Shown: positions 18,053 to 28,292, numbered from the stretch's first letter. The stretch: DNA of 54,668 nucleotides from an uncultured Bacteroides sp. (GCA_964514145.1 CAZEPM010000002.1:1-54668); one strand, 5' to 3'. The notes: generated by a model not told the origin, from the sequence alone. Numbers and translations: made by a program.

Positions 18053-18667
18053 ATGCAGTATAATTACAATACCCAACGTAAGCGTATGGCTTTGCCTGAA
18101 TATGGGCGAAGTATACAGAATATGGTTGATTATGCTTTGACATTAACAGATCGCTTGGAGCGTCAACGATGTGCTAATACTATAGTTAATATCATGGGTA
18201 ACATGTTTCCTCACTTGAGAGATGTATCTGATTTCAAACACAAATTGTGGGATCATCTGGCTATTATGTCAGACTTTAAATTGGATATAGATTATCCATA
18301 TGAGGTCGTATGTCTTGATTCGTTAGATGTAAAGCCGGATTCGATTCCTTATTCATCTGAGCCTATCCGTTATCGTCATTATGGGCATACAATTGAACAG
18401 CTGATACGAAAAGCCGTTGAGATGCCTGAAGGAGATGAGCGTGCACAGTTGATTCACATGATTGCCATTCAGATGAAAAAGGATTATATAACATGGAATA
18501 AGGATTCGGTAGAGGATCAGAAGATTGTGGATGATATTAGAGAGTTGTCAGAAGGGGCTATTCAGGCCGATGAGATCTCATTCTGTCAGCGTTCGCAAGC
18601 TCAATCGAATTATCAATATAACCAACGTCGTCGCTATAATAAAGGTAATCAGAAACGTAAATATTAA
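18053..18667 (+). CDS. DUF4290 family protein
   Basis: YNTQRKRMALPEYGRSIQNMV..HKLWDHL; usual Bacteroidetes position upstream of murA. Confidence 0.85.
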   Translation: MQYNYNTQRKRMALPEYGRSIQNMVDYALTLTDRLERQRCANTIVNIMGNMFPHLRDVSDFKHKLWDHLAIMSDFKLDIDYPYEVVCLDSLDVKPDSIPYSSEPIRYRHYGHTIEQLIRKAVEMPEGDERAQLIHMIAIQMKKDYITWNKDSVEDQKIVDDIRELSEGAIQADEISFCQRSQAQSNYQYNQRRRYNKGNQKRKY

Positions 18668-18685
18668 TCAAAACCAAATCTAACC

Positions 18686-19993
18686 ATGTCAGCATTTATA
18701 ATCGAAGGCGGTCATCGCATGCACGGTGAGATTGTCCCACAGGGAGCTAAAAACGAGGTGCTCCAAATCCTTTGTGCCGTACTCTTGACAAAAGAAAAAG
18801 TAACAGTACACAATGTTCCCGATATTCTAGATGTCAATAATCTCATCCAGTTGTTGAGAGATATGGGTGTGATTGTAGTAAAAGAGGGAATAGACGCATA
18901 TAGTTTTCAGGCAAAAGATATTGATTTGGAGTTTGCACAAAGTGATGCGTTTCTGAAGAAGTGCGCTAAATTGCGTGGCTCGGTGATGTTAATAGGAGCA
19001 ATGATGGGACGTTTTCATAAAGCGATTTATGCGAAGCCTGGCGGAGATCAGATTGGACGACGCCGATTGGATACGCACTTCATGGGAATCCAGAAATTAG
19101 GCGGTATTTTTGATTATGATGTAAACAAAAAGGCTTACGTAATTACCGCAGATGAATTGAAAGGTACCAATATGTTGCTTGATGAGGCTTCGGTTACGGG
19201 TACAGCCAATATCATCATGACTGCTGTTATGGCCAAGGGAACTACTACGATTTACAATGCAGCGTGTGAACCTTATTTACAACAACTTTGCAAAATGCTT
19301 AATCGTATGGGAGCTCGCATTAGCGGTATTGCTTCTAATCTTTTGACCATCGAAGGAGTAGAAGAGTTGCATGGTTGTGAACACACGATATTGCCGGATA
19401 TGATTGAAGTAGGCAGTTTTATTGGTATGGCGGCGATGACTCAAAGTGAGATTACCATAAAAAACGTTTCTTATGAGAACTTGGGTATAATTCCTGAGAG
19501 TTTCCGTCGGTTAGGCATTAAACTTGAGCAGCGGGGTGACGATATCTATATTCCCATACAAGAAAGCTACGAAATAGAATCTTTCATGGATGGTTCGATC
19601 ATGACAATTTCCGATTCACCATGGCCAGGACTCACGCCGGACTTATTGAGTGTGATGCTGGTTGTTGCTACGCAAGCCAAAGGCAGTGTGTTGATTCATC
19701 AGAAAATGTTTGAAAGCCGATTGTTTTTTGTTGACAAACTGATTGACATGGGTGCCCAAATTATCCTTTGTGATCCTCATAGAGCAGTAGTAATTGGTCA
19801 TGATCGAAAGTTCCGTTTGCGTGCCGGTACGATGGCTTCACCTGATATCCGTGCCGGTATTGCTTTGCTTATAGCCGCTATGAGTGCTGAGGGCGTAAGC
19901 AAAATAAGTAACATTGACCAAATAGATCGTGGTTATCAGAATATCGAACAACGTTTAAACGCAATTGGAGCCGTTATAACTCGTATCGCATGA
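18686..19993 (+). CDS. murA: UDP-N-acetylglucosamine 1-carboxyvinyltransferase
   Basis: GAKN, LRGS, PGGDQIGRR, SVTGTAN, NAACEP, FESR, DIRAG, IDRGY. Confidence 0.96.
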   Translation: MSAFIIEGGHRMHGEIVPQGAKNEVLQILCAVLLTKEKVTVHNVPDILDVNNLIQLLRDMGVIVVKEGIDAYSFQAKDIDLEFAQSDAFLKKCAKLRGSVMLIGAMMGRFHKAIYAKPGGDQIGRRRLDTHFMGIQKLGGIFDYDVNKKAYVITADELKGTNMLLDEASVTGTANIIMTAVMAKGTTTIYNAACEPYLQQLCKMLNRMGARISGIASNLLTIEGVEELHGCEHTILPDMIEVGSFIGMAAMTQSEITIKNVSYENLGIIPESFRRLGIKLEQRGDDIYIPIQESYEIESFMDGSIMTISDSPWPGLTPDLLSVMLVVATQAKGSVLIHQKMFESRLFFVDKLIDMGAQIILCDPHRAVVIGHDRKFRLRAGTMASPDIRAGIALLIAAMSAEGVSKISNIDQIDRGYQNIEQRLNAIGAVITRIA

Positions 19994-20526
19994 TTCGACA
20001 AGAAGACGTATATAAAATAGGCATATTTACCAAACCGCATGGTGTGCGGGGTGAGATTGCTTTTTCGTTTACAGACGATGTGTTTGATCGAGTCGACTGT
20101 GATTACCTTGTATGTCTATTAGACGGTATTTTAGTGCCCTTTTTCATAGAAGATTATCGTTTTAAGAATGATTCAGTAGCACTGGTGAAATTTGAAGATA
20201 TCGACACGGCAGAACAAGCCAGACGATTTACGAACGTCGAAGTCTTTTTCCCCCTTCATTTGCGTGACGACGTTGAATCAGATGAGCTTTCGTGGGAACA
20301 ACTTAGTGGTTTTGAGATCGAAGATGTGACTTTTGGCAAGTTAGGAATATTGAAATCAGTGGATGATTCCACCATGAATATCCTGTTTGTCATCGACCAT
20401 CAAGAGGAAGAATTATTGGTTCCTGCACATGAAGAACTTATTGTTGAAATTAATTCGGATAAACGTTTGATAACTCTTCAGCTCCCGGATGGATTGATAA
20501 ATATAGAAGAAGCTGCAGAAGCGTAA
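19990..20526 (+). CDS. rimM: Ribosome maturation factor RimM
   Basis: IG..KPHGVRGE, VKFEDID, ELLVP, LPDGL. Confidence 0.93.
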   Translation: MIRQEDVYKIGIFTKPHGVRGEIAFSFTDDVFDRVDCDYLVCLLDGILVPFFIEDYRFKNDSVALVKFEDIDTAEQARRFTNVEVFFPLHLRDDVESDELSWEQLSGFEIEDVTFGKLGILKSVDDSTMNILFVIDHQEEELLVPAHEELIVEINSDKRLITLQLPDGLINIEEAAEA

Positions 20527-20550
20527 ATGTGTGAAAGTAAGAAATGAGAT

Positions 20551-21411
20551 ATGGTAGCGGCGAAAAGAAAAAAAGCATTCTGGAAAAATCTGAAATTCAA
20601 ATACAAATTGACGATAGTCAACGAGAATACTCTTGAAGAAGTCATAGGCCTGCACGTGTCGAAATTCAATGGTTTATCCGTATTGTTGAGTGTCTTTCTA
20701 ATCTTATGCGTCATTGCTGCCGTTATTGTTTCTTTCACCCCATTACGAAACTATCTGCCTGGCTATATTAATAGCGATGTGCGCAAACAGATTGTAGACA
20801 ATGCCTTGCGTGCTGATTCCTTGCAGCAGTTGTTAGAGAAACAAAACCTCTACATCATGAATATACAAGACATTCTAAGAGGTGAAGTGCGTGTAGATTC
20901 TGTGTCTTCTCTTGATTCGCTGGCATTGAGTCATTCGGAAGAACTGATGGAACGAACTTTAGTCGAAGAGAAATACCGTAAGGAGTTTGAGGAGCAAGAA
21001 AAGTATAATCTTGCGTCGGTAACCAATGCTACCGGAGTGAAAGAGGTTATATTCTATCATCCAACACGAGGATTGTTATCTGTTGGCTACGATCCGAACA
21101 AAAAACATTTTGGTGTTGATATTTCAGCCAATTTGTCTGAAAGTATATTAGCTACGCTCGACGGCACGGTGATTTTTAGTGATTACACGGCTGAAGATGG
21201 ATATGTCATTCTGTTGCAACATAGTAGCAATCTGGTATCCGTATACAAATATTGCGGTTCCTTGTTAAAGTCAGTAGGCGATAAGGTGACTGCCGGTGAA
21301 GTGATTGCTCTGATAGGTGAAAGAGAACTGGGGGATCACGGGCCACATTTGCATTTTGAGTTATGGCATCGTGGTCAGTCTTTAGATCCTCAACAATATA
21401 TTGTATTTTAA
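20551..21411 (+). CDS. Membrane-anchored M23 family metallopeptidase
   Basis: N-terminal TM and coiled segment; HFGVD (HxxxD) and PHLHFE (HxH). Confidence 0.88.
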   Translation: MVAAKRKKAFWKNLKFKYKLTIVNENTLEEVIGLHVSKFNGLSVLLSVFLILCVIAAVIVSFTPLRNYLPGYINSDVRKQIVDNALRADSLQQLLEKQNLYIMNIQDILRGEVRVDSVSSLDSLALSHSEELMERTLVEEKYRKEFEEQEKYNLASVTNATGVKEVIFYHPTRGLLSVGYDPNKKHFGVDISANLSESILATLDGTVIFSDYTAEDGYVILLQHSSNLVSVYKYCGSLLKSVGDKVTAGEVIALIGERELGDHGPHLHFELWHRGQSLDPQQYIVF

Positions 21412-21416
21412 CAAAC

Positions 21417-22565
21417 ATGAAAAAACAGATCGCAATTCTAGGTTCAACCGGTTCTATTGGGACGCAGGCCTTGCAAGTCATCGAAGAGCATGCAGACTTG
21501 TACGAAGTTTATGCTTTGACGGCCAACAATCGTGTTGATCGACTGATTGAGCAAGCCCGAAAGTTTAAACCTGAAGTCGTGGTTATTGCTAATCCTGATA
21601 AATATTTGGAATTGAAAGATGCACTGGCTGATCTTCCCATTAAAGTATATGCCGGTGAAGAGTCGGTTTGTCAGGTTGTAGAGTTGGGTCCGATAGATAT
21701 CGTACTGACGGCTATGGTGGGATATGCGGGATTGCGTCCGACGATGAATGCTATTCGTGCGAAGAAAATCATAGCCCTGGCCAATAAAGAAACGCTGGTA
21801 GTAGCGGGGGATCTCATCAACCGATTGGCAAACGAGTACCACACGCCGATACTTCCCGTTGATTCCGAACATTCTGCGATCTTCCAATGTCTTGCGGGAG
21901 AGGGCGACAACACGATAGAAAAAGTCATACTGACAGCTTCTGGAGGCCCGTTTCGCAATTACACGTTAGAGCAGCTTGCTTGCATAACCAAGGAGCAAGC
22001 ATTGAAACACCCGAACTGGCATATGGGGGCAAAAATCACCATTGATTCGGCGTCAATGATGAACAAGGGTTTCGAAGTTATCGAGGCCAAGTGGTTGTTT
22101 GGCGTGCATCCAGACCAGATAGAAGTTGTGATACATCCTCAATCGATTATCCACTCGATGGTGCAGTTTGAAGATAGTTCGGTAAAGGCACAGTTGGGAA
22201 TGCCCGATATGCGTTTGCCCATTCAATACGCTTTCTCTTATCCATCGCGCATTAAAGCCTCTTTCGAACGCTTAGATTTCAATGTCTGCAGGCAACTGAC
22301 CTTTGAACAGCCGGATACGAAACGTTTCCGCAACCTTGCTTTGGCTTACGAAGCCTTGCATCAGGGTGGCAATATGCCTTGCATTGTCAATGCAGCCAAC
22401 GAAGAAGTCGTAACCGCTTTCTTGCAAGACCGTATTTCTTTTTTGGGCATGAGTGGTGTGATTGAGCGCACGATGCAGCAGGTATCCTATTTGTCCGTAC
22501 CCTCTTATGAAGACTATGTGGCTACTGATGCCGAGGCGCGTCGGGTAGCTCGGGAAATGATATAA
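21417..22565 (+). CDS. dxr: 1-deoxy-D-xylulose-5-phosphate reductoisomerase
   Basis: LGSTGSIG, LANKE, LPVDSEH, TASGGPF, HPNWHMG, NKGFEVIE; start at ATG 21417. Confidence 0.97.
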   Translation: MKKQIAILGSTGSIGTQALQVIEEHADLYEVYALTANNRVDRLIEQARKFKPEVVVIANPDKYLELKDALADLPIKVYAGEESVCQVVELGPIDIVLTAMVGYAGLRPTMNAIRAKKIIALANKETLVVAGDLINRLANEYHTPILPVDSEHSAIFQCLAGEGDNTIEKVILTASGGPFRNYTLEQLACITKEQALKHPNWHMGAKITIDSASMMNKGFEVIEAKWLFGVHPDQIEVVIHPQSIIHSMVQFEDSSVKAQLGMPDMRLPIQYAFSYPSRIKASFERLDFNVCRQLTFEQPDTKRFRNLALAYEALHQGGNMPCIVNAANEEVVTAFLQDRISFLGMSGVIERTMQQVSYLSVPSYEDYVATDAEARRVAREMI

Positions 22566-22603
22566 ATTGTAAAACTTAATATTTTAGTATTTAGCTAGAC
22601 AGT

Positions 22604-23962
22604 ATGGAAACATTTTTGATTCGTGCCTTGCAGTTGATGATGGCTCTTTCATTGTTGGTCATCATTCATGAAGGTGGGCACTATCTCTTTGCACGTTTGT
22701 TTAAAATTCGTGTGGAGAAGTTTTATTTGTTTTTCGATGTATGGTTCGCTTTGTTTCGTTTCAAACCGAAAAACAGTCAGACAGAATATGGTCTTGGCTG
22801 GCTTCCACTTGGAGGCTATGTGAAGATAGCCGGAATGATAGATGAGTCGTTAGACAAAGAACAGATGAAACAACCGCCACAACCGTGGGAATTTCGCTCG
22901 AAACCCGCATGGCAGCGACTGTTGGTGATGATTGGTGGCGTGTTGTTCAATTTCTTGTTGGCTTTGTTCATTTATTCTATGATACTTTTCACATGGGGAG
23001 ATCGTTATTATGCGTTGCCGGAAATGAACTACGGTATGAAATTCAACGATCGTGCCAAAGAAATTGGCTTCCGCGATGGTGACATTTTGTTGCGTGCCGA
23101 CGACAAACCGTTTGAACGTTATGGAATGGATATGTTGCGCGACATTGTGGATGCCAAAACGGTGACGGTGAAGCGCGATGGACGGGAACAAACAGTCTAT
23201 ATTCCTGAAGATTTAAGCCTCCTGACCATAGGCAAGGAGAAGCCCTTTTTTGTGGAAATGTTAATTCCGGCTGTTGTCGATACGGTGTTGCCTAATTCAA
23301 TAGCCGAAGTTGCCGGATTTGAGTGTGGAGACAGTCTGGTAGCCATGAACGGTCAGCCTTTAAGTTCGTGGAATGAATTCGTCGAAGGGTTGGGGCTGTT
23401 GAAAAACAAGGCCCAGATAAATCCCGAAGCAATGGCCGAGTATGCTGCCGTTGAAGTCTGTGTCATTCGCGATGGATTGGTTGATACACTCAGAATGCAA
23501 ATGGATTCTACCTTTGTTGCAGGTATCGGTGCGCGTTCGCTCGCGCAAGTCTATAAGCCGCACGAACTCGAATATAATTTCCTGTCGTCTTTCCCGGCAG
23601 GTATAGAGTTAGGAGTCAATACGCTAAAAGGATATGTCAGCGACATGAAATACGTGTTTAGCAAAGAAGGTGCCACGAGTCTGGGAGGTTTCGGAACGAT
23701 TGGTAGCATTTTCCCTTCAGAATGGAATTGGCCACGCTTTTGGGAGATGACTGCTTTCCTCTCCATCATCTTAGCCTTTATGAACATTCTGCCCATTCCT
23801 GCGTTGGATGGCGGCCACGTGCTGTTTTTGATTTACGAGATTGTGGCACGTCGCAAACCCAGTGAGAAATTCATGGAGCGTGCACAGATAATCGGAATGT
23901 CGATTCTTTTCTTGTTACTGATTTGGGCAAATTTCAACGATATCGTTCGCTTCTTGTTCTAG
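22604..23962 (+). CDS. rseP: RIP metalloprotease RseP
   Basis: HEGGH zinc motif, PLGGYVK, PDZ region, NILPIPALDGGH. Confidence 0.95.
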   Translation: METFLIRALQLMMALSLLVIIHEGGHYLFARLFKIRVEKFYLFFDVWFALFRFKPKNSQTEYGLGWLPLGGYVKIAGMIDESLDKEQMKQPPQPWEFRSKPAWQRLLVMIGGVLFNFLLALFIYSMILFTWGDRYYALPEMNYGMKFNDRAKEIGFRDGDILLRADDKPFERYGMDMLRDIVDAKTVTVKRDGREQTVYIPEDLSLLTIGKEKPFFVEMLIPAVVDTVLPNSIAEVAGFECGDSLVAMNGQPLSSWNEFVEGLGLLKNKAQINPEAMAEYAAVEVCVIRDGLVDTLRMQMDSTFVAGIGARSLAQVYKPHELEYNFLSSFPAGIELGVNTLKGYVSDMKYVFSKEGATSLGGFGTIGSIFPSEWNWPRFWEMTAFLSIILAFMNILPIPALDGGHVLFLIYEIVARRKPSEKFMERAQIIGMSILFLLLIWANFNDIVRFLF

Positions 23963-24159
23963 AAAGGAGATAGGAAACCAATCCTGAAATATATGTCTAC
24001 AAATGGTTATTCGTATGTATCATGATTTTAAGTCATATCAAGAGTTTGTCATAGGCAAGGCGTGATACTGACAAAGAAGATTCCTTTCTGTTAGAAGCCA
24101 CGAATATAAATCACTTCTGGAATACGGCAATGTAGATGTATGTAATGAATCTGCATTGC

Positions 24160-24184
24160 CTTTTCTTTTCTTTTCTTTTCTTTT
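24160..24184. repeat. (CTTTT)5 microsatellite
   Basis: Read directly in the rseP-metA intergenic region. Confidence 0.8.
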
Positions 24185-24376
24185 TAGTTTGCTGGTAATC
24201 CTGTTTGCCTACATGCTCCGGCAATGCCGACAGCAGTCCTAATTGTTGTGCCGACAAAGGCTCTTTCGGAGGCTGGACACGGCCGTTTGAGCAACTGACA
24301 AAGGCCGGATATCGGAGTGACCGGGTGTCTGTGTCGTTTCTCATCTGAAAAGCTATTCTGCGGTGTGGCTTTTTTG

Positions 24377-24384
24377 TATCTTTG
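24377..24384 (+). promoter_or_regulatory. -7 box (TATCTTTG) for metA
   Basis: TAnnTTTGCA 26 nt upstream of the ATG at 24411. Confidence 0.6.
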
Positions 24385-24410
24385 CATGTAGTTTAAACCA
24401 TACATACACT

Positions 24411-25328
24411 ATGCCATTAAATTTACCCGACAGGCTGCCTGCTATAGAATTACTGAAGAAGGAAAATATTTTCGTTATTGACCATTCGAGGGCTTCGCGG
24501 CAGGATATTCGTCCGCTGCGCATTGTCGTTCTCAATCTAATGCCCTTGAAGATTACGACGGAGACTGATTTGGTACGTTTGTTGTCGAACACGCCGCTTC
24601 AGGTGGAAATCTTGTTTATGAAGCTCAAGAGTCATACGCCTCGCAATACGCCCATTGAACACATGCGGGCATTTTATAAAGATTTTGAGGTGATGCGCGA
24701 CGAACGTTTCGACGGGATGATTATTACAGGAGCGCCGGTTGAGCAGATGCCGTTTGAAGATGTGACATATTGGCCTGAGGTTTCGACCATTTTCGACTGG
24801 TCACGGACGCATGTGACCTCTACACTTTATATTTGCTGGGCAGCACAAGCCGGACTCTATCGCCATTATGGCATCCCGAAGTATGATCTGGATCATAAAA
24901 TGTTTGGTATTTTCAAGCATCGTGTCAATGAACCGTTGTTGCCTATTTTTCGCGGATTCGATGATGAGTTCTATGTGCCTCACAGTCGTCACACTGAGGT
25001 ACGTAGGGAAGATATTCTGCGTTGTCCTGAGCTGAAACTGATAGCTGAATCCAAAGAAGCAGGTGTTTACATGGTCATGGCTCGTGAGGGACGGGAGTTT
25101 TTCGTGACCGGGCATTCAGAGTATTCTCCCTATACGCTTGATGATGAATACCGACGTGATTTGGCAAAGGGCTTGCCCATTGATATGCCGAAAAATTACT
25201 ATCGCGATAATATTCCCGGGCGCGGACCGTTGGTTCGTTGGAGAGCACATGCCAATCTGTTGTTTTCAAACTGGCTCAATTATTATGTTTATCAGGAAAC
25301 GCCGTTTGATATTAACCAAATACGTTGA
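24411..25328 (+). CDS. metA: Homoserine O-acyltransferase (MetA family, probably acetyl-CoA dependent)
   Basis: [43 protein letters not shown]. Confidence 0.95.
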   Translation: MPLNLPDRLPAIELLKKENIFVIDHSRASRQDIRPLRIVVLNLMPLKITTETDLVRLLSNTPLQVEILFMKLKSHTPRNTPIEHMRAFYKDFEVMRDERFDGMIITGAPVEQMPFEDVTYWPEVSTIFDWSRTHVTSTLYICWAAQAGLYRHYGIPKYDLDHKMFGIFKHRVNEPLLPIFRGFDDEFYVPHSRHTEVRREDILRCPELKLIAESKEAGVYMVMAREGREFFVTGHSEYSPYTLDDEYRRDLAKGLPIDMPKNYYRDNIPGRGPLVRWRAHANLLFSNWLNYYVYQETPFDINQIR

Positions 25329-25334
25329 TAAGTT

Positions 25335-27167
25335 ATGGCAGTTTCTAGACCGAGATCGATCGAGTTGTTGGCGCCTGCAAAAAATCTGGAGTGTGCATTG
25401 GCTGCTGTCAATCATGGAGCCGATGCGGTCTATATTGGTGCGCCGAGATACAGTGCACGTGCAGCCGCCGGTAACTCGTTGACCGATATAGCGACACTGA
25501 CGTCCTATGCGCACCTCTATAATGTGCGGGTGTATGTTGCGATTAATACAATTCTTACGGATGAAGAGTTGCGTGAGGCTGAACAATTGATTTGGGAACT
25601 TTATCGTGTGGGTGTCGATGCACTCATCATTCAGGATATGGGAATTCTGCAACTGCAACTTCCTCCCATTCCGTTGCATGCCAGTACGCAAATGGACAAT
25701 CGGACGGTGGCGAAAGTACAGTTTCTGCAGAAGACCGGTTTCCGTCAGGTTGTATTGGCACGCGAGTTGTCGCTGACGGAGATTCGTCGCATTCACGATG
25801 CTTGTCCTGATATTTTGTTGGAGGTTTTTGTTCATGGAGCGCTTTGTGTCAGCTATAGCGGTCAGTGTTATGTTTCGCAGGCTTGCTACGGGCGGAGTGC
25901 CAATCGGGGAATCTGTGCCCAGTTTTGCCGGCTGGCTTTTGATATGGAAGATGCTACCGGACGTAGAATAGTGACGGGTAAACATTTGTTGTCTTTGAAA
26001 GATTTGAATCAGCTTGAGGTGCTGGAACAGTTACTCGATGCGGGTGTTTCATCATTGAAAATCGAAGGGCGATTGAAAGATGTGGTCTATGTCAAGAATG
26101 TAACGGCTGCTTATCGGCAGGCGTTGGATGCGATCTTGAAACGACGTCCGGAGTATGTGCGAGCTTCGTCGGGGCATATTCATCTGAATTTTAATCCGCA
26201 ATTAGACAAGAGTTTCAGTCGCGGATTTACGCATTATTTTCTTTACGGACGTCGGGCAGACATCTTTTCGCTTGATACGCCTAAATCATTGGGCGAAAAG
26301 ATGGGAGAGGTAAAAGATGTGCGGACAAACTATCTGATAGTGTCCGGTATCAAGTCTTTTGCCAATGGCGATGGTGTTTGTTTTTTGGATGAGCGTGGAA
26401 AATTGCAGGGGTTCCGTGTTAATCGGGTAGAGGGAAACCGCCTCTATCCGAAAGAGATGCCTCGTGTGAAGCGTCATATGGTGTTGTATCGTAATTTTGA
26501 CCAAGAGTTTGAACACCGGATGATACGTAAATCGGCCGAACGGAAAATTCAGGTTGTGTTTGAATTGGGTGAATACGCTTTGGGTTTCACGCTCGGTCTG
26601 ACCGATGAAGACGGTCATCGGGTGCTGATGACGTTTACATATCCGAAAGATCCGGCACACACTAGTCAGCAAGACAATTGGAAAACGCAACTTATCAAAC
26701 TGGGAAATACACCTTTTGAAGCAACGGACGTCACGGTGAATCTGAGAGAGAATTGGTTTATTCCTTTGTCGATTTTGGTCGACTGGCGTCGGAAGGTTGT
26801 TGAAAGATTGCTGATGGTTCGCCGCATCTGTTATCCGCGTAAGACGGTTCGTATAAACGCTGTTGGGGTGACTTATCCTGTGAAAGAACTGACTTATCTG
26901 GGTAATGTGATGAACGAACAGGCAGCTACTTTTTATCGGACTCATGGTGTCAGTCGGATTGCGACTGCATTTGAAAAACAAGCTGTGGCAAATGGGGTGT
27001 TGATGTTTTGCCGGCATTGTCTGCGCTATGTTTTTGGTTGGTGTCCGGTGTATCAGAAGAAAACTTCGCCTTATCGGGAGCCTTATTTTCTGGTGACTTC
27101 GGATGGACGTCGTTTTCGTTTGGAATTTGATTGCAAGCGTTGTCAAATGAAAGTGATGTATGGATAA
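25335..27167 (+). CDS. rlhA: Peptidase U32 family protein, long RlhA-like form (probable 23S rRNA hydroxylase)
   Basis: ELLAPA, GADAVY, HASTQ, HGALCVSYSGQC..RSANRG.CAQFCR Fe-S cysteines, KIEGR; about 610 aa with a C-terminal extension. Confidence 0.8.
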   Translation: MAVSRPRSIELLAPAKNLECALAAVNHGADAVYIGAPRYSARAAAGNSLTDIATLTSYAHLYNVRVYVAINTILTDEELREAEQLIWELYRVGVDALIIQDMGILQLQLPPIPLHASTQMDNRTVAKVQFLQKTGFRQVVLARELSLTEIRRIHDACPDILLEVFVHGALCVSYSGQCYVSQACYGRSANRGICAQFCRLAFDMEDATGRRIVTGKHLLSLKDLNQLEVLEQLLDAGVSSLKIEGRLKDVVYVKNVTAAYRQALDAILKRRPEYVRASSGHIHLNFNPQLDKSFSRGFTHYFLYGRRADIFSLDTPKSLGEKMGEVKDVRTNYLIVSGIKSFANGDGVCFLDERGKLQGFRVNRVEGNRLYPKEMPRVKRHMVLYRNFDQEFEHRMIRKSAERKIQVVFELGEYALGFTLGLTDEDGHRVLMTFTYPKDPAHTSQQDNWKTQLIKLGNTPFEATDVTVNLRENWFIPLSILVDWRRKVVERLLMVRRICYPRKTVRINAVGVTYPVKELTYLGNVMNEQAATFYRTHGVSRIATAFEKQAVANGVLMFCRHCLRYVFGWCPVYQKKTSPYREPYFLVTSDGRRFRLEFDCKRCQMKVMYG

Positions 27168-28155
27168 GCTGTTTCATGTAAAATTGGGTATACGGTTGCT
27201 GATTCGACTGGGGATGGTCTGGATACTGGGTGTGTTGCTGTTTGGGGCGTGTCATTATCCGGAACCTGATCTGACGCGTTGGGATTTGTCTCGCAATCAG
27301 CGCGATTCGTTAGAGTTTTGCGCAACACATCACTATGGTACAAACTTTAATTTTAAGGTAACAGCCGATTCTTTATTATTGAGGCAGGTTATGGAGCCGG
27401 ATTCGCTCGTCGTTCGTCGCGGCGATGTGTTGGTAGTAGCAGATTTCGTACATGCTGATGCAGACAGTATAGATACTTATTGGATACAGGTAGCGCGTGA
27501 TCAGGAAACCATGGGGTGGATTGATGAATCCGTGTTGCTTGAAAACGTGGTTCCGGTCGACCCGATTTCACAGTTTATCCATTTATTTACAAGTTGGCGT
27601 ACGGTGTTGTTTCTGGTTGTCTGCGGCTGTTTCGTTCTTTTCTATCTCTATCGTCGTTTGCAAAGCCGTATGTTTCGCATCATATTCGAATTTCCGATTG
27701 ATTCTTTTTATCCTACGCTTTTTTGTTTGTGTGTGGTGCTTTCGGCTACGATTTATGCCAGTATGCAGCGTTTTGTACCCGAGACTTGGGAACACTACTA
27801 TTACAATCCTTCGCTTAATCCATTTGATCTGCCGTTTATTTTGACTCTGTTTATGATTTCAGTATGGGCTATTGTGTTGGTTGCTCTGGCTCTCGTGGAT
27901 GATATCTTTCATCAGGTCAGTTTTTCTACGGCGTTCTTCTATTTGCTTGGTCTGGGTACGCTTTGTCTGTTCTTCTACCTGATTGTCAACCTTACCGTTT
28001 ATTATTATGTAGGCTATTTGTTCGTGGGTGGATTTGTTTGGATAGCTATTAAGCGTTTGTGTCGCAAAGCTTCAAACAATTATGTTTGCGGGCATTGTGG
28101 TATGTCCCTTCACCGACCGGGAGTTTGTCCTCGTTGCGGTTATTTAAATAAGTAG
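27160..28155 (+). CDS. Hypothetical membrane protein with a lipobox-like N-terminus, about 5 TM helices and a C-terminal zinc ribbon
   Basis: LLFGAC; hydrophobic helices; CGHCG..CPRCG; overlaps the U32 gene stop. Confidence 0.75.
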   Translation: MDKLFHVKLGIRLLIRLGMVWILGVLLFGACHYPEPDLTRWDLSRNQRDSLEFCATHHYGTNFNFKVTADSLLLRQVMEPDSLVVRRGDVLVVADFVHADADSIDTYWIQVARDQETMGWIDESVLLENVVPVDPISQFIHLFTSWRTVLFLVVCGCFVLFYLYRRLQSRMFRIIFEFPIDSFYPTLFCLCVVLSATIYASMQRFVPETWEHYYYNPSLNPFDLPFILTLFMISVWAIVLVALALVDDIFHQVSFSTAFFYLLGLGTLCLFFYLIVNLTVYYYVGYLFVGGFVWIAIKRLCRKASNNYVCGHCGMSLHRPGVCPRCGYLNK

Positions 28156-28247
28156 GGATGCAGGCCAGAATTAGATTGTTCGGATAGGGGTGGAAAGAGG
28201 GAACTGACGAATGCTTTGTTGAGACATCGGTGTGTATGAAATGGTAA

Positions 28248-28285
28248 TTGTTCTGCCCATTCGCATTTGCGAATGGACAGAACAA
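28248..28285. terminator. Terminator hairpin between convergent genes
   Basis: TTGTTCTGCCCATTCGCA / TGCGAATGGACAGAACAA; 18-bp arms with one mismatch. Confidence 0.75.
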
Positions 28286-28292
28286 AAGATAG

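Noticed and set aside
24035..24130. SAM-I-family riboswitch upstream of metA (starts ATCAAGAG followed by a stem)
   Set aside because: No GCAAC or GGTGC core and no kink-turn; a -7 box only 26 nt before the metA ATG leaves no room for a leader
25266..25985. 239-aa antisense ORF
   Set aside because: Shadow of metA/U32 genes
26286..27146. 286-aa antisense ORF
   Set aside because: Shadow ORF opposite the U32 gene
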